A DNA stretch of 64,000 nt, taken from the IMG/VR virus record IMGVR_UViG_3300023174_000039, positions 1-64,000 of that record; one strand, written 5' to 3'. Of the stretch, positions 1 to 9,074 are shown piece after piece. How positions within the stretch are numbered: position 1 is the first letter of the stretch; the number at the start of each line of letters is the position of its first letter. A program made the translations under genes and the position numbers. The notes under the pieces were generated by a model that was given only the letters and a program-made list of their open reading frames with translations, was not told the DNA's origin and searched no databases.

Positions 1-619
1 AACAAATACAGCATTATTACTTGATATGACAAATGCCGGTATCATTGACAATGCAATGATGAACAACTTAGAAACAGTTGGTAATGCACAGATTTCTACT
101 ACACAAAGTAAGTTTGGTGGAAGTAGTATGTATTTTGATGGTACTGGCGATTATTTAACAACACCCTCGTCACTTGCAATGGCACTTGGATCAACATTCA
201 CAGTTGAATGTTGGATTTATGTTATTGGCTGGGGGGGAGGTTCCCCAATGATTCTTGATGTGCGTGATTCAAATATTGTTGGGGCAATATATCTTGTAAG
301 TGACGGAACTGCAAGAATGCAAACAACTGGTACTGGTACTATTGCATCACAATCTGGAATTACCCTTAATACATGGATCCATGTTGCTTTTGTAAGTGAT
401 GCAACTTCTTCTAGAGTTTATGTAAACGGTTCAAATACAAGTGCAACAAATCAAGGCCAAGCATTATTTCCCACTACTGCTAAAGTTGGATTTATTGGTG
501 CAGACTTTAGCGGAACCTCTGGTTTTAATGGTTACATAGATGATTTCCGCATTACAAAAGGTTATGCTAGATATACTGCTAACTTTACCCCACCAACCAC
601 GGCGTTCCCGTTATGTTAA
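1..619 (+). CDS. C-terminal part of a tail fibre/virion protein with LamG (concanavalin A-like) domain; probably begins upstream of the window
   Basis: SKFGGSSMYFDGTGDYL, FTVECW, WIHVAFV and FNGYIDDFRITKGYARY are typical LamG-3 motifs; the frame is open from the window edge. Confidence 0.85.
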   Translation, partial: TNTALLLDMTNAGIIDNAMMNNLETVGNAQISTTQSKFGGSSMYFDGTGDYLTTPSSLAMALGSTFTVECWIYVIGWGGGSPMILDVRDSNIVGAIYLVSDGTARMQTTGTGTIASQSGITLNTWIHVAFVSDATSSRVYVNGSNTSATNQGQALFPTTAKVGFIGADFSGTSGFNGYIDDFRITKGYARYTANFTPPTTAFPLC

Positions 620-620
620 A

Positions 621-1043
621 TTAAGATTTTTGAAAAGCATTTTCAATGGACGCAAGTTTGGTCTGAATGCTTTCCAAGTTCACAGTGGACCACAAGCCAG
701 GATGCATGGGGCGAGGCCATGTGCCTTGATCAATCCAGGCATAGCCAAGATGTTCGTCGTTTAGCACAGGCACAAACTCCAGGTCAACAACACACACCCA
801 GGTATGATATTCAAATATGCCATCAGCTGATGTGAACTTTTCCAAGGGCATGAGTCTGGTGTAGGCAGGAAAACTGCCCAGCTCTTCCACACACTCACGT
901 TCCATGCCACCCAGCAGGGTCTCGCCTGTTTCTATTTTGCCGCCAGGCAGTCCCCAGGATCCAGGATGTTTAGAGTCGTTGCGCAACAAGTACAGGTATC
1001 GGCCAGTTGCCTGACTTAGAAACCATACACCTACTGCTTTCAC
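621..1043 (-). CDS. NUDIX hydrolase
   Basis: Nudix box GGKIETGETLLGGMERECVEELG; start reassigned to the GTG at 1043, which overlaps the upstream TGA and has GGAG upstream. Confidence 0.85.
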   Translation of the reverse strand: MKAVGVWFLSQATGRYLYLLRNDSKHPGSWGLPGGKIETGETLLGGMERECVEELGSFPAYTRLMPLEKFTSADGIFEYHTWVCVVDLEFVPVLNDEHLGYAWIDQGTWPRPMHPGLWSTVNLESIQTKLASIENAFQKS

Positions 1044-2455
1044 AGTACTAGACTCCACGTGCCTCCAGGATAGATACCTTGATATGATTTGATCCACATT
1101 TCGCCAGTCCATTCGTACTGTGTGCCTGTGGTGATGTTGGTGACATATTGTACAGCAGTGGAATCTGCTGACACAAACACCACACGCCACCGGGTACCGT
1201 TCCATTCAATGATGTCATTGGCCATGGCAACCAAGGGTTGGCCGCTATCACCTAACCAGGCTTGGGGATTGGCTGCATTGTTGTAGTCACCAGTTGACTC
1301 TGTCAACAAATAACGTTGTCCTGTTATGGGCACAGGTAATCCGTCACCGGGCGCACTGGCCAGAGGATTGATAATTGCTGTGATCGGATCAAGGGTGTTT
1401 TGCGGAGCAGTATCCTGGTCCACATTGAATATCACTAGACGATCATCATTGGGGTCAATCACAATTGTGCCAATGATGGGATTGGCAGGGGTTTCTGTAT
1501 TGGGAGGATTGTTCAGGCGTATTTGACTAATTCCCGGACGCAAGGTCCCATAAGCATTGATTACCGCAGGCCACAACAGCGGCGAGTCGGCAACAATGGC
1601 AGTGGGATCTAGATCTTCGTAGCTGCCATTGGGCACTACCACAGGATTGTACAGCACCTGAATCTTGTTTTCAATCACAACCAATTTATACATCCATGGT
1701 GTGATCATTTGTCGTGTGCCCAGCAACAGGTCGTTGTGCAAAATAGCATCCACAAAGTCGCCCTGAGCATCGTACATGCTGGCAATAACACGTTCAATAA
1801 CACCCAGTTTCTTGACCTTGGCAGGAGGACTGATCCAGATAGGCAAGGTAAATTTTAAGGTAGCAATATCAATGGGATTTTCTGTGCTCATGGGAATGGT
1901 TCTAGAAGTCCATTGCGTTGATTCCAGTTCCACAACACTCAGCGATGTCCAATCCAGGAAGTTGTCTGTGCTTTGTATTTCTAAACTGGGATTGAACAAG
2001 GTTAGAATTTGTTCCAACAACTGCATTTTTTGGTTAGTATTGCTAGTCCAAATGTCCAGAGTAATTGTCAGCTTGTATGGCACAGGCATCAGTCGTTCAA
2101 CTGTGAATGCATTGCCTTGTGTGGTTTCATAGCTCTCGGTAGCACTGTCATAGGTGCGTTGACGAACCACAGTGCGTTGCACGTGATATGGTTCTTGCAT
2201 TCTGGGACGATCATAATCCAGCCCGGTAATGTAAAAAGTCATCATGGGACTGGATGGCAATGAGTTGGCAGAGTTATCCTGCAAGATGGTTTGTGCTTGA
2301 CGGCTTGCATCACCATAGCGAATAGGCACACGTAGCAAGGCCGCCACATTAGGGTTGTCAGATTCACGGCCGTACTCTACCTGGAATCCAGAAAAGATTC
2401 TGGTAAACTGTAATAGAAAGCGACGTATTTGTTCGTCGTAAAAGAATTGTTGCAT
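1040..2455 (-). CDS. gp15: Tail sheath stabilizer/terminator protein (T4 gp15-like) with C-terminal extension
   Basis: FFYDEQIRRFLLQF, VPIRYG, MPVPYKLTITLDIW and EQILTLFNP resemble gp15 family motifs; lies directly downstream of the gp14-like gene. Confidence 0.75.
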   Translation of the reverse strand: MQQFFYDEQIRRFLLQFTRIFSGFQVEYGRESDNPNVAALLRVPIRYGDASRQAQTILQDNSANSLPSSPMMTFYITGLDYDRPRMQEPYHVQRTVVRQRTYDSATESYETTQGNAFTVERLMPVPYKLTITLDIWTSNTNQKMQLLEQILTLFNPSLEIQSTDNFLDWTSLSVVELESTQWTSRTIPMSTENPIDIATLKFTLPIWISPPAKVKKLGVIERVIASMYDAQGDFVDAILHNDLLLGTRQMITPWMYKLVVIENKIQVLYNPVVVPNGSYEDLDPTAIVADSPLLWPAVINAYGTLRPGISQIRLNNPPNTETPANPIIGTIVIDPNDDRLVIFNVDQDTAPQNTLDPITAIINPLASAPGDGLPVPITGQRYLLTESTGDYNNAANPQAWLGDSGQPLVAMANDIIEWNGTRWRVVFVSADSTAVQYVTNITTGTQYEWTGEMWIKSYQGIYPGGTWSLVL

Positions 2456-2457
2456 TG

Positions 2458-3831
2458 TTAACTCGATTTCTGCCCAGGTCGTGTGTCAGGGAACGGCTTG
2501 GGAGCCTTGCCCCCATTTTGATCACCATTGTCTGCACGTGGTTTAAGCAACTCGCTCAAGCTCTGACGACTTGGAATGTTGCCAAGATCTGTTGTTGGCA
2601 CAGTGTATGTATTGTTAACGAAGCTGGACCGTAAAGTATTGTTGTTAGGCCCGTTGTTGAGATCTGTTCGTACATTCTCGGCAATTTTGTGCCAACGCCG
2701 GCCATCATAACGGAACATGCGATTTGGAAAATAATCTAATCTCAAAGTATAATCTCCAGCCACTGCGTCTAGTGGAAAACTCACACCGGCAGTGACAGGC
2801 AAACCATTTGGTGCGTGTGCGTCGCCAGTTAGGTAACCCGAAGTCCAGCCAAATCCATCTGGAGTAACACTCATACCGCCTTGTGTGCCATCCACTGTGT
2901 CGCCATCTATTGTGCTCAGTGATGTGGGATTAGCAGGTTGTCCGTCCAACAGTGTGGGTACAACATACAACGGCTTGTTGTCGTAGCCAGATTTTGGCAC
3001 TTCCACGTCGGCTTGTGCAAGGATAGCATCATTGAGTTGGTAATCTTTTTCTCGTGTGCCCTGTTTGTCACTGATGGTAGGCGGAGTGTACTCACGCCAG
3101 TAATCGGTATTGGTAATCGGTGTACCAGCAGGTGTGTTGACCCGGGCTTGATAATACACGTCACCAGCATTGACAATAGCACCAGCAGGATAAAAATCAC
3201 TTGGATCCCAAATGTATTCAGCCACAAATGGTTTGTTGGTGATCGAGTTGTATTCTTGTGCATCAGTCAGTGGTGTGGCTTTCACACGCCACAAGTGTGG
3301 TAACCAAGTTTGACTGAAACCTTCACTTGCAAATGCCGCATCTTGCACCACATAGTATTTGGGCAATGATCTACTTAGATCCTTGTTCAGGGGATTGTAG
3401 TCTCGTAAGTTTGGGACTTCAAGCACATCGCCACTCATGAGTTTGCGACCAAATGTGTCAATCATGTCATTGTAGTGAAACGTGATAAACAGGGTATCGT
3501 TGTTCAAAAACAATCCAAACTGACTCAAATCAAAGTCGATGTCTTGTGCATTATAAACACCACGCATGACATACACATCATCGTCATACACGCGATCTCT
3601 GTTTTCCAGCAACAGCAAATCTTGTATGTTCATAGGGTTGAGCTCGTCGTAAACAGGTTGTGTGGCATCACCGTTGCCGCTGAGTACAGAATCTTCGCCG
3701 CCAGTTTGCGGTCCCAGGTACTTGTGGACAAAGAGGTCAAGGCCACCAACAGTGTATTGCTCACTGATTGTGCGGTCTAGAAATTGGTAATCTCTAGTGC
3801 GATTGGGGCGGTATAGGCTTAAACGTGGCAT
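2458..3831 (-). CDS. gp14: Neck/head-closure protein (T4 gp14-like)
   Basis: DLSQFGL and GDVLEVP motifs plus position before the gp15-like gene; start set at MPRLSLY (3831), 5 nt after TATAAATA. Confidence 0.65.
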   Translation of the reverse strand: MPRLSLYRPNRTRDYQFLDRTISEQYTVGGLDLFVHKYLGPQTGGEDSVLSGNGDATQPVYDELNPMNIQDLLLLENRDRVYDDDVYVMRGVYNAQDIDFDLSQFGLFLNNDTLFITFHYNDMIDTFGRKLMSGDVLEVPNLRDYNPLNKDLSRSLPKYYVVQDAAFASEGFSQTWLPHLWRVKATPLTDAQEYNSITNKPFVAEYIWDPSDFYPAGAIVNAGDVYYQARVNTPAGTPITNTDYWREYTPPTISDKQGTREKDYQLNDAILAQADVEVPKSGYDNKPLYVVPTLLDGQPANPTSLSTIDGDTVDGTQGGMSVTPDGFGWTSGYLTGDAHAPNGLPVTAGVSFPLDAVAGDYTLRLDYFPNRMFRYDGRRWHKIAENVRTDLNNGPNNNTLRSSFVNNTYTVPTTDLGNIPSRQSLSELLKPRADNGDQNGGKAPKPFPDTRPGQKSS

Positions 3832-3836
3832 AATGT

Positions 3837-3844
3837 TATTTATA
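3837..3844 (-). promoter_or_regulatory. T4-type late promoter TATAAATA
   Basis: Exact TATAAATA on the minus strand, 5 nt before the ATG at 3831. Confidence 0.85.
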
Positions 3845-3852
3845 GCATTCGG

Positions 3853-3881
3853 TTGACTGAATATTCCCAAACTGCTATAAT
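3853..3881 (+). promoter_or_regulatory. Sigma70-type early promoter
   Basis: TTGACT-N17-TATAAT with extended -10 TG. Confidence 0.85.
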
Positions 3882-3909
3882 TAGCACTTAACAACAACGG
3901 GAGCCACCT

Positions 3910-4167
3910 ATGCTTACAGATGCACAAAGCGCACAAATTAATAATACTGAAGTATACACTTTAGATTATGAGGCAGAAGCCCTGCAAAGCTACGAGGACA
4001 CAGGCGAGGACTTAATGGACGAGCTGGAAGTTCGTGCCACTAATGTTATTTTGGAACAAACAGCCTGGGACGCTCGCGAGGACTTGGGCGGCATTACAGT
4101 TTACTTCCGAGATAGTACTTTAGTAGCATTTTACGATTACGAGCAGTTTCGCGGCACTGTGTTCTAA
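3910..4167 (+). CDS. Small highly acidic early protein
   Basis: 85-aa ORF with GGAG RBS directly after the early promoter; 19 D/E, 4 R, no K. Confidence 0.7.
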   Translation: MLTDAQSAQINNTEVYTLDYEAEALQSYEDTGEDLMDELEVRATNVILEQTAWDAREDLGGITVYFRDSTLVAFYDYEQFRGTVF

Positions 4168-4185
4168 AAACAACACCAGCAAAGA

Positions 4186-4214
4186 TTGACATCAAAATCA
4201 ATCTTTGCTATAAT
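4186..4214 (+). promoter_or_regulatory. Sigma70-type early promoter
   Basis: TTGACA-N17-TATAAT with extended -10 TG. Confidence 0.9.
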
Positions 4215-4242
4215 ACATACTTAACCACTCTAGGAGTATGTT

Positions 4243-4530
4243 ATGAAAGCCGCTAACTTTTTAACAAAGTACACAGGCCCAAAAGGCAAGGGGTTTATAC
4301 AGCCCTACGACAAAGTAAAAGCCACAGAAAAATGGGTGGAGTATGCTCTTGACATTGTGGACATGAGCCGTATAATAATGACAGTGGACTTCAACACTAA
4401 ATGGAAACTGGCAGAGGCACTGGAAGTGGCAGAGCGCAAAAAAGCCTGGATGTACAAGCACAAAAATTTTGATGTTAAACGTGCCGCAAAACTTTTTGAC
4501 GCTGTTAAACACTTGCCCAAAACTAAGTAA
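4243..4530 (+). CDS. Hypothetical basic early protein
   Basis: AGGAG RBS; 95-aa ORF after the promoter. Confidence 0.75.
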   Translation: MKAANFLTKYTGPKGKGFIQPYDKVKATEKWVEYALDIVDMSRIIMTVDFNTKWKLAEALEVAERKKAWMYKHKNFDVKRAAKLFDAVKHLPKTK

Positions 4531-4538
4531 GGAATATT

Positions 4539-5675
4539 ATGATTGCAACCAAACCCGTTAAACCCCTAAACCCTCGTAGTGCAGATACCAATGCCATGGG
4601 CATGGAGCCCACCTGGCGGGTGCAACCTACAGAAGGCCGTATCAGTGCCTTTAGTCATGCGTTCTCTTGGTACAACTACTTTTATGGTAAAAAAGATGCC
4701 CGTGAGATGATTGTAAATTACCTGGAAGCACACGGCCGCAAAGCAGATGTTCGCACACTCAAACGCATTCCAGACAGCTCAATCCGGTTGACCACAGGTT
4801 GGTTGTGCCGCATGAGCATGGTGGGTCTGGAGCTCACAGAACACGAACAGATCAAATTGGATAACTTGCTTAACGAAATTTTGGAATCCAAGCAAGATGA
4901 AGAAGCAGTGGTAGCACCTGTAGATGATTCAGTGCCAAAAATTACAATTCAGGACAGACTCCGGGAAAAGGTATCAGAGTGTGCAGGTGAACTGGACGGC
5001 TTGTTTGATGACTTTATTGCATCGGGTGCCAAACTCACGGCAGACTACAAACCCGTGGTACTCATGCGCAGTCTAAACATTGCTCCACAAATGGTCAATG
5101 ACATCAAACAAATCTGGACCCGTAAACTCACAGAGTTTGATGAAGCAGTAGCCGGCAAAGATGCAGACTTGTCACAGGGCTACAATTACTTGACCAAAAT
5201 ACAGTTAAAGAATTGCGTAAAGTTCTGTGAGCTTGTGATTTCGGACTGTGGTGCCTATGTGCAGATTAAAAAGGTTGAGCGCAAGCCGCGGGCAGTCAAG
5301 GCAGTGCCACCAGAGAAACGTGCCGCAAAGTTCAAGTGCATTACGGAATTTGCAGAGCTCAAACTCAAAGGTCTTCCTGCCGCAAGCCTAGTAGACAAAG
5401 CAGAAGCCTGGTTGTATGACACCAAAAAGCGCAAGCTGATCCACATTGTTGCTGACAGTCATGCACAGGCATTTACTGTAAAGAGCAACGCTATCATTGG
5501 ATTTAGCACAATAGAGAGCCAGCAAAAAACTGTGCGTAAGCCAGCAGAGATACTCAAAGCCATGGGCGCCGCAGGCAAGCCGGCTGCCAGGAAGATCTAC
5601 AAGGACTTGACCACTACAGAAACACCGTTTAACGGACGTGGCACAGAGAACTTGATCATTCTAAAAAGCTGGTAA
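4539..5675 (+). CDS. Hypothetical phage protein
   Basis: 378-aa ORF with AAGGA RBS; no recognisable motif. Confidence 0.8.
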   Translation: MIATKPVKPLNPRSADTNAMGMEPTWRVQPTEGRISAFSHAFSWYNYFYGKKDAREMIVNYLEAHGRKADVRTLKRIPDSSIRLTTGWLCRMSMVGLELTEHEQIKLDNLLNEILESKQDEEAVVAPVDDSVPKITIQDRLREKVSECAGELDGLFDDFIASGAKLTADYKPVVLMRSLNIAPQMVNDIKQIWTRKLTEFDEAVAGKDADLSQGYNYLTKIQLKNCVKFCELVISDCGAYVQIKKVERKPRAVKAVPPEKRAAKFKCITEFAELKLKGLPAASLVDKAEAWLYDTKKRKLIHIVADSHAQAFTVKSNAIIGFSTIESQQKTVRKPAEILKAMGAAGKPAARKIYKDLTTTETPFNGRGTENLIILKSW

Positions 5676-5695
5676 ATAAAGGGGACGGAGTCCCC
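5673..5695 (+). promoter_or_regulatory. Late promoter TAAATA followed by an RBS-occluding hairpin
   Basis: TAAATA 5673-5678; GGGGAC-GGA-GTCCCC stem 5681-5695 contains the GGAG SD. Confidence 0.7.
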
Positions 5696-5697
5696 CA

Positions 5698-6465
5698 ATG
5701 GCAGAACAGCAACAAAACACACTTGAGTCGCTCAAGCAAAACTTGATAGAATATGTAAAGCTTCAACTCGGTGATCAGATCATTGATCTCGAGTTGGACC
5801 CTGCACACTATGAAGCCGCCTATCAAAAAACACTAGGCACTTACCGCCAACGGGCCAGCAATGCCTATGAAGAAAGCTACAGCTTTATGGAACTGGTTAA
5901 AGATGTCAACATCTATCAGTTGCCACAAGAGGTTGTGAGTGTACGCCAGATATTCCGCAGACAGTTTGGTGATGCTACTGGACAAGCCAGTAACTTTGAT
6001 CCGTTCTCTCAGGCCAGCATGAATGTTTACCTAATGAACTTTAACGTAGCAGGCGGCCTTGCCACATACGACTTCTACAGCCAATACGTTGAACTGGCCG
6101 CACGTATGTTTGGCGGCTACATGAACTACACTTGGAATCCAGTTACCAAGAAAATTCAGCTGATTCGTGACCCAAGAGGCACAGGAGAGAATGTGTTGCT
6201 TTGGACATACAACCTAAAACCCGAAGTTAACTTGTTGCAAGACTTCCAAATTCAGCAATGGATCAAGGACTACATGGTTGCCAACTGTAAAATGATCATT
6301 GGTGAAGCACGTGAGAAGTTTGGTTCAATTGCCGGACCACAGGGCGGCGGTACACTAAACGGTGCCGCAATGAAAGCCGAAGCCAAAGAAGCTATCACAG
6401 CCCTAGAAGAACAGCTCAAGAACTACGTGGATGCCAGCCAACCACTTACTTGGGTAATTGGCTAA
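5698..6465 (+). CDS. gp13: Neck protein (T4 gp13-like)
   Basis: LQLGDQIIDLEL, WIKDYMVANCKMIIG and KF..GPQGGGTLNG match the gp13 pattern. Confidence 0.85.
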   Translation: MAEQQQNTLESLKQNLIEYVKLQLGDQIIDLELDPAHYEAAYQKTLGTYRQRASNAYEESYSFMELVKDVNIYQLPQEVVSVRQIFRRQFGDATGQASNFDPFSQASMNVYLMNFNVAGGLATYDFYSQYVELAARMFGGYMNYTWNPVTKKIQLIRDPRGTGENVLLWTYNLKPEVNLLQDFQIQQWIKDYMVANCKMIIGEAREKFGSIAGPQGGGTLNGAAMKAEAKEAITALEEQLKNYVDASQPLTWVIG

Positions 6466-6472
6466 CATACAG

Positions 6473-6501
6473 TAGACTTGCGATAAAAATTCTGTTATAC
6501 T
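6473..6501 (+). promoter_or_regulatory. Sigma70-type promoter, probably leaderless
   Basis: TAGACT-N17-TATACT, 6 nt before the ATG at 6508. Confidence 0.6.
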
Positions 6502-6507
6502 TGCAGT

Positions 6508-7032
6508 ATGGCAGACTTAATGATCGACTTAGAAGGGCTTGCTACAGGCCCAGACACTACAATACTAACTATTGCGGCCCAGAGCTTTGACCCTTTTGGG
6601 CAAGGCCACTCTGGCCAGAGTTACTATGCCAGAGTCACACTAGAAAGCCAAGAAGATCGCGCTATTGATCAAGGCACAATTGATTGGTGGGCTACACAAC
6701 CTGCTGTGGTTCGAGACGAAGCATTCAATGAACAAGACCGCATCCCATTGGATCAAGCTCTAGATGGGTTAGGTCGGCTGATTTGGCACTCCAACAGAAT
6801 CTGGGCCCAAGGACCCACGTATGACATGAACATTCTGGAGCATGCCTACAAGAGCTATCGCAAGCCCTTGCCTTGGAAATACTACATGGTGCGTGATAGC
6901 CGTACGGTGTTTAGCTTGTGGCCTGATCAGCCTATCCCGCCCACCAGCCACCATGCCCTAGAAGACTGCCGCAGACAAATTGGCATGCTACAACACACAC
7001 TAAAACATCTTGGGGTTACTGCGCTGAAGTAG
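6508..7032 (+). CDS. DEDDh 3'-5' exonuclease (DexA/RNase AS-like)
   Basis: MIDLEGL, GPTYDM, RDSRT and HHALEDC motifs. Confidence 0.85.
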   Translation: MADLMIDLEGLATGPDTTILTIAAQSFDPFGQGHSGQSYYARVTLESQEDRAIDQGTIDWWATQPAVVRDEAFNEQDRIPLDQALDGLGRLIWHSNRIWAQGPTYDMNILEHAYKSYRKPLPWKYYMVRDSRTVFSLWPDQPIPPTSHHALEDCRRQIGMLQHTLKHLGVTALK

Positions 7033-8986
7033 GTTTAGGTCTTGACCAAGTACCACTGCCTGTCCACGGTAGCCTAAACGTAAATTCCTTACCAAATTCA
7101 ATTGGTGGATGGTCCTGACCGTCTATAAAAATCTCATGGTCAAAATCTGCAGTCCACTCACCACTGCTGTTGATGTTGAACTGATATCTGGCTCGATAGT
7201 AACTGTTTATTCTTGGCAAATTAAAAGCACCCAGTTCTTGTGTGTCATGTGCAGGGTCAAATTTTAAATCAAGTTCATACGGGCCCAACGCCAACCACAA
7301 CACACGAAGCAGCGGCCAGATTTCGTTGACCACAGTGACATTCAATGGATGGTCATCAATTTTAATAATGTTAAAATCAAACTGTTCATATGGTATATCT
7401 GTAATGATATTTTCAGGATCGTAACTGAGCGTGTAGTGTTCAGGCTTTTCCAGTCCTGGGCGCTCGTTCAGTGTTTCGTATGTTACACTGCGATTCTTAA
7501 TAAGATGATTGAGAATAACGTTGACAGACTTGTAGCGTATGAGACGTTGAAAAATAGTGTTGGTATAGTCGTCAGTTTTCCATTGATGTGTTAGATTGTG
7601 GTTGGAAATGCCAAATTTTGATCTTTCATAGTTCAGAGGAGTGTCCATGCCAATTTGGCAAGTGCCAAAACTACGCCCAAAAATATTACAATTACGTGTG
7701 CGCCACAACAAGGTCATGGTGTCAGCAACATCATTATATCCCTCGCCAGGAAATCCCACAAACCAATTTGTGTGTGACCGAATTCCTACAGTGGTAAAGT
7801 CTTTGAGATTTTGTTCTATATCATTGCGTTTGACATTCTTTTTCATGACGTCCAACACATGCTGGCTTCCTGACTCTACACCAAAACTCAGCATGTTGCA
7901 GCCACCGTTTTTGAGATCATTAATGTAGTCGAGATCCATGCGCCCGTCACATCTGGCGTACCCCATCCAACTCAGATGAATGTTTCGTTCAACCAATCCT
8001 TTTGCAAATGCACTTAGTTCTTTTAAATTGCCATTGATCAAACTGTCAATAAACCACACGCTGTCAATGCCCAAGGTTTTGTATTGGTGTTCTAATTCAT
8101 CCAGTATGTTGTTTGCTTGTCGGCCGCGGTATCTCCAAAATGTTGTTTCACTGCAAAACTGACATTTGGCCACACACCCGCGACTCAGTTCAGCACTTAC
8201 TCCATTTTGTTGATACAATGATAAATCTAAATCAGAGTAGTCTGGGTACGGCAAGCTGTCAAGATCAATACGTATGCTCTTGTCATGCACAAGGAATTTT
8301 TCAGTAACAGGAATGTTATTCTCAATCTTCTCCATCAAGTCCAAGAAAATTGCTTCGCCCTCTCCTACCACAATGTGGTCAATGATATCGGTGTTTTCTA
8401 TTTTTTCTTGAATAGCAGTTGGGCCGCCTGCTATAATAATAGTGTCGGGCAGCCTGCTACGAATTTGATTGATCATCCAGGTCGTGGCTTTGTTGCTGGT
8501 GGTAAAAATACTGAAGCCCATGACATCTGGTTTGAACGCCACAATCTTGTCAAGGTATTCATTCAGTATAGGTTCAATAAGAGGATGTACATCGGTGTAA
8601 TAACTGTCAGTGGTCCACACCCAGTCCTTGTATCCACTCCAGTACGCTTGATCTATTTTTGAATAACACACAGCATTGATATCGTATGCAACTGTTTCAA
8701 ATCCGCTATCTCGGCTGAGTGCAGTTATTCTAGCCAAATTGTAAGGAGGGATGTACGGAGCCCATTCAGGTAAAATAGCCAATGCCACACGAGTTTTTCG
8801 TGTCACTTGCCGATTGACCACTACCTGGGTTAGATTTTTTTGGGGCTTTGATCGGCCTGCACTGTCTAATTGCAATGCTTTGAGCATGGCCAAATCTCGA
8901 GCACCACCGTCGCTGTTGTTTACTATCTTGGTTAAATCAGGCTCAACTTTATCTGAAGTGGTCAATATATCAAATATTTTATTCAT
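7016..8986 (-). CDS. B12-binding domain radical SAM enzyme (class B methyltransferase-like)
   Basis: PDVMGFS and IIAGGP (B12-binding), SRGCVAKCQFC (CxxxCxxC), FGVESGSQHVL, VGFPGE. Confidence 0.9.
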   Translation of the reverse strand: MNKIFDILTTSDKVEPDLTKIVNNSDGGARDLAMLKALQLDSAGRSKPQKNLTQVVVNRQVTRKTRVALAILPEWAPYIPPYNLARITALSRDSGFETVAYDINAVCYSKIDQAYWSGYKDWVWTTDSYYTDVHPLIEPILNEYLDKIVAFKPDVMGFSIFTTSNKATTWMINQIRSRLPDTIIIAGGPTAIQEKIENTDIIDHIVVGEGEAIFLDLMEKIENNIPVTEKFLVHDKSIRIDLDSLPYPDYSDLDLSLYQQNGVSAELSRGCVAKCQFCSETTFWRYRGRQANNILDELEHQYKTLGIDSVWFIDSLINGNLKELSAFAKGLVERNIHLSWMGYARCDGRMDLDYINDLKNGGCNMLSFGVESGSQHVLDVMKKNVKRNDIEQNLKDFTTVGIRSHTNWFVGFPGEGYNDVADTMTLLWRTRNCNIFGRSFGTCQIGMDTPLNYERSKFGISNHNLTHQWKTDDYTNTIFQRLIRYKSVNVILNHLIKNRSVTYETLNERPGLEKPEHYTLSYDPENIITDIPYEQFDFNIIKIDDHPLNVTVVNEIWPLLRVLWLALGPYELDLKFDPAHDTQELGAFNLPRINSYYRARYQFNINSSGEWTADFDHEIFIDGQDHPPIEFGKEFTFRLPWTGSGTWSRPKPTSAQ

Positions 8987-8990
8987 AGTG

Positions 8991-8996
8991 TATTTA
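8991..8996 (-). promoter_or_regulatory. Late promoter TAAATA
   Basis: TAAATA 4 nt before the ATG at 8986. Confidence 0.65.
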
Positions 8997-9074
8997 CATC
9001 GTTGTCTCTAGACCATCAAATCAAACGGCTAATTGCCAGTTGATTTGTATTTTTGTTTGTGCTAATATACAACT

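Noticed and set aside
1-619. Diversity-generating retroelement target in the lectin-like tail gene
   Set aside because: No reverse transcriptase or template repeat in the window, and the domain is LamG rather than C-type lectin
1044-1205. N-terminal extension of the NUDIX ORF in the supplied track (similarly 3832-3936, 24067-24156, 30973-31041, 62180-62269)
   Set aside because: These overlap upstream genes or promoters; downstream starts with an RBS, coupling or promoter fit better
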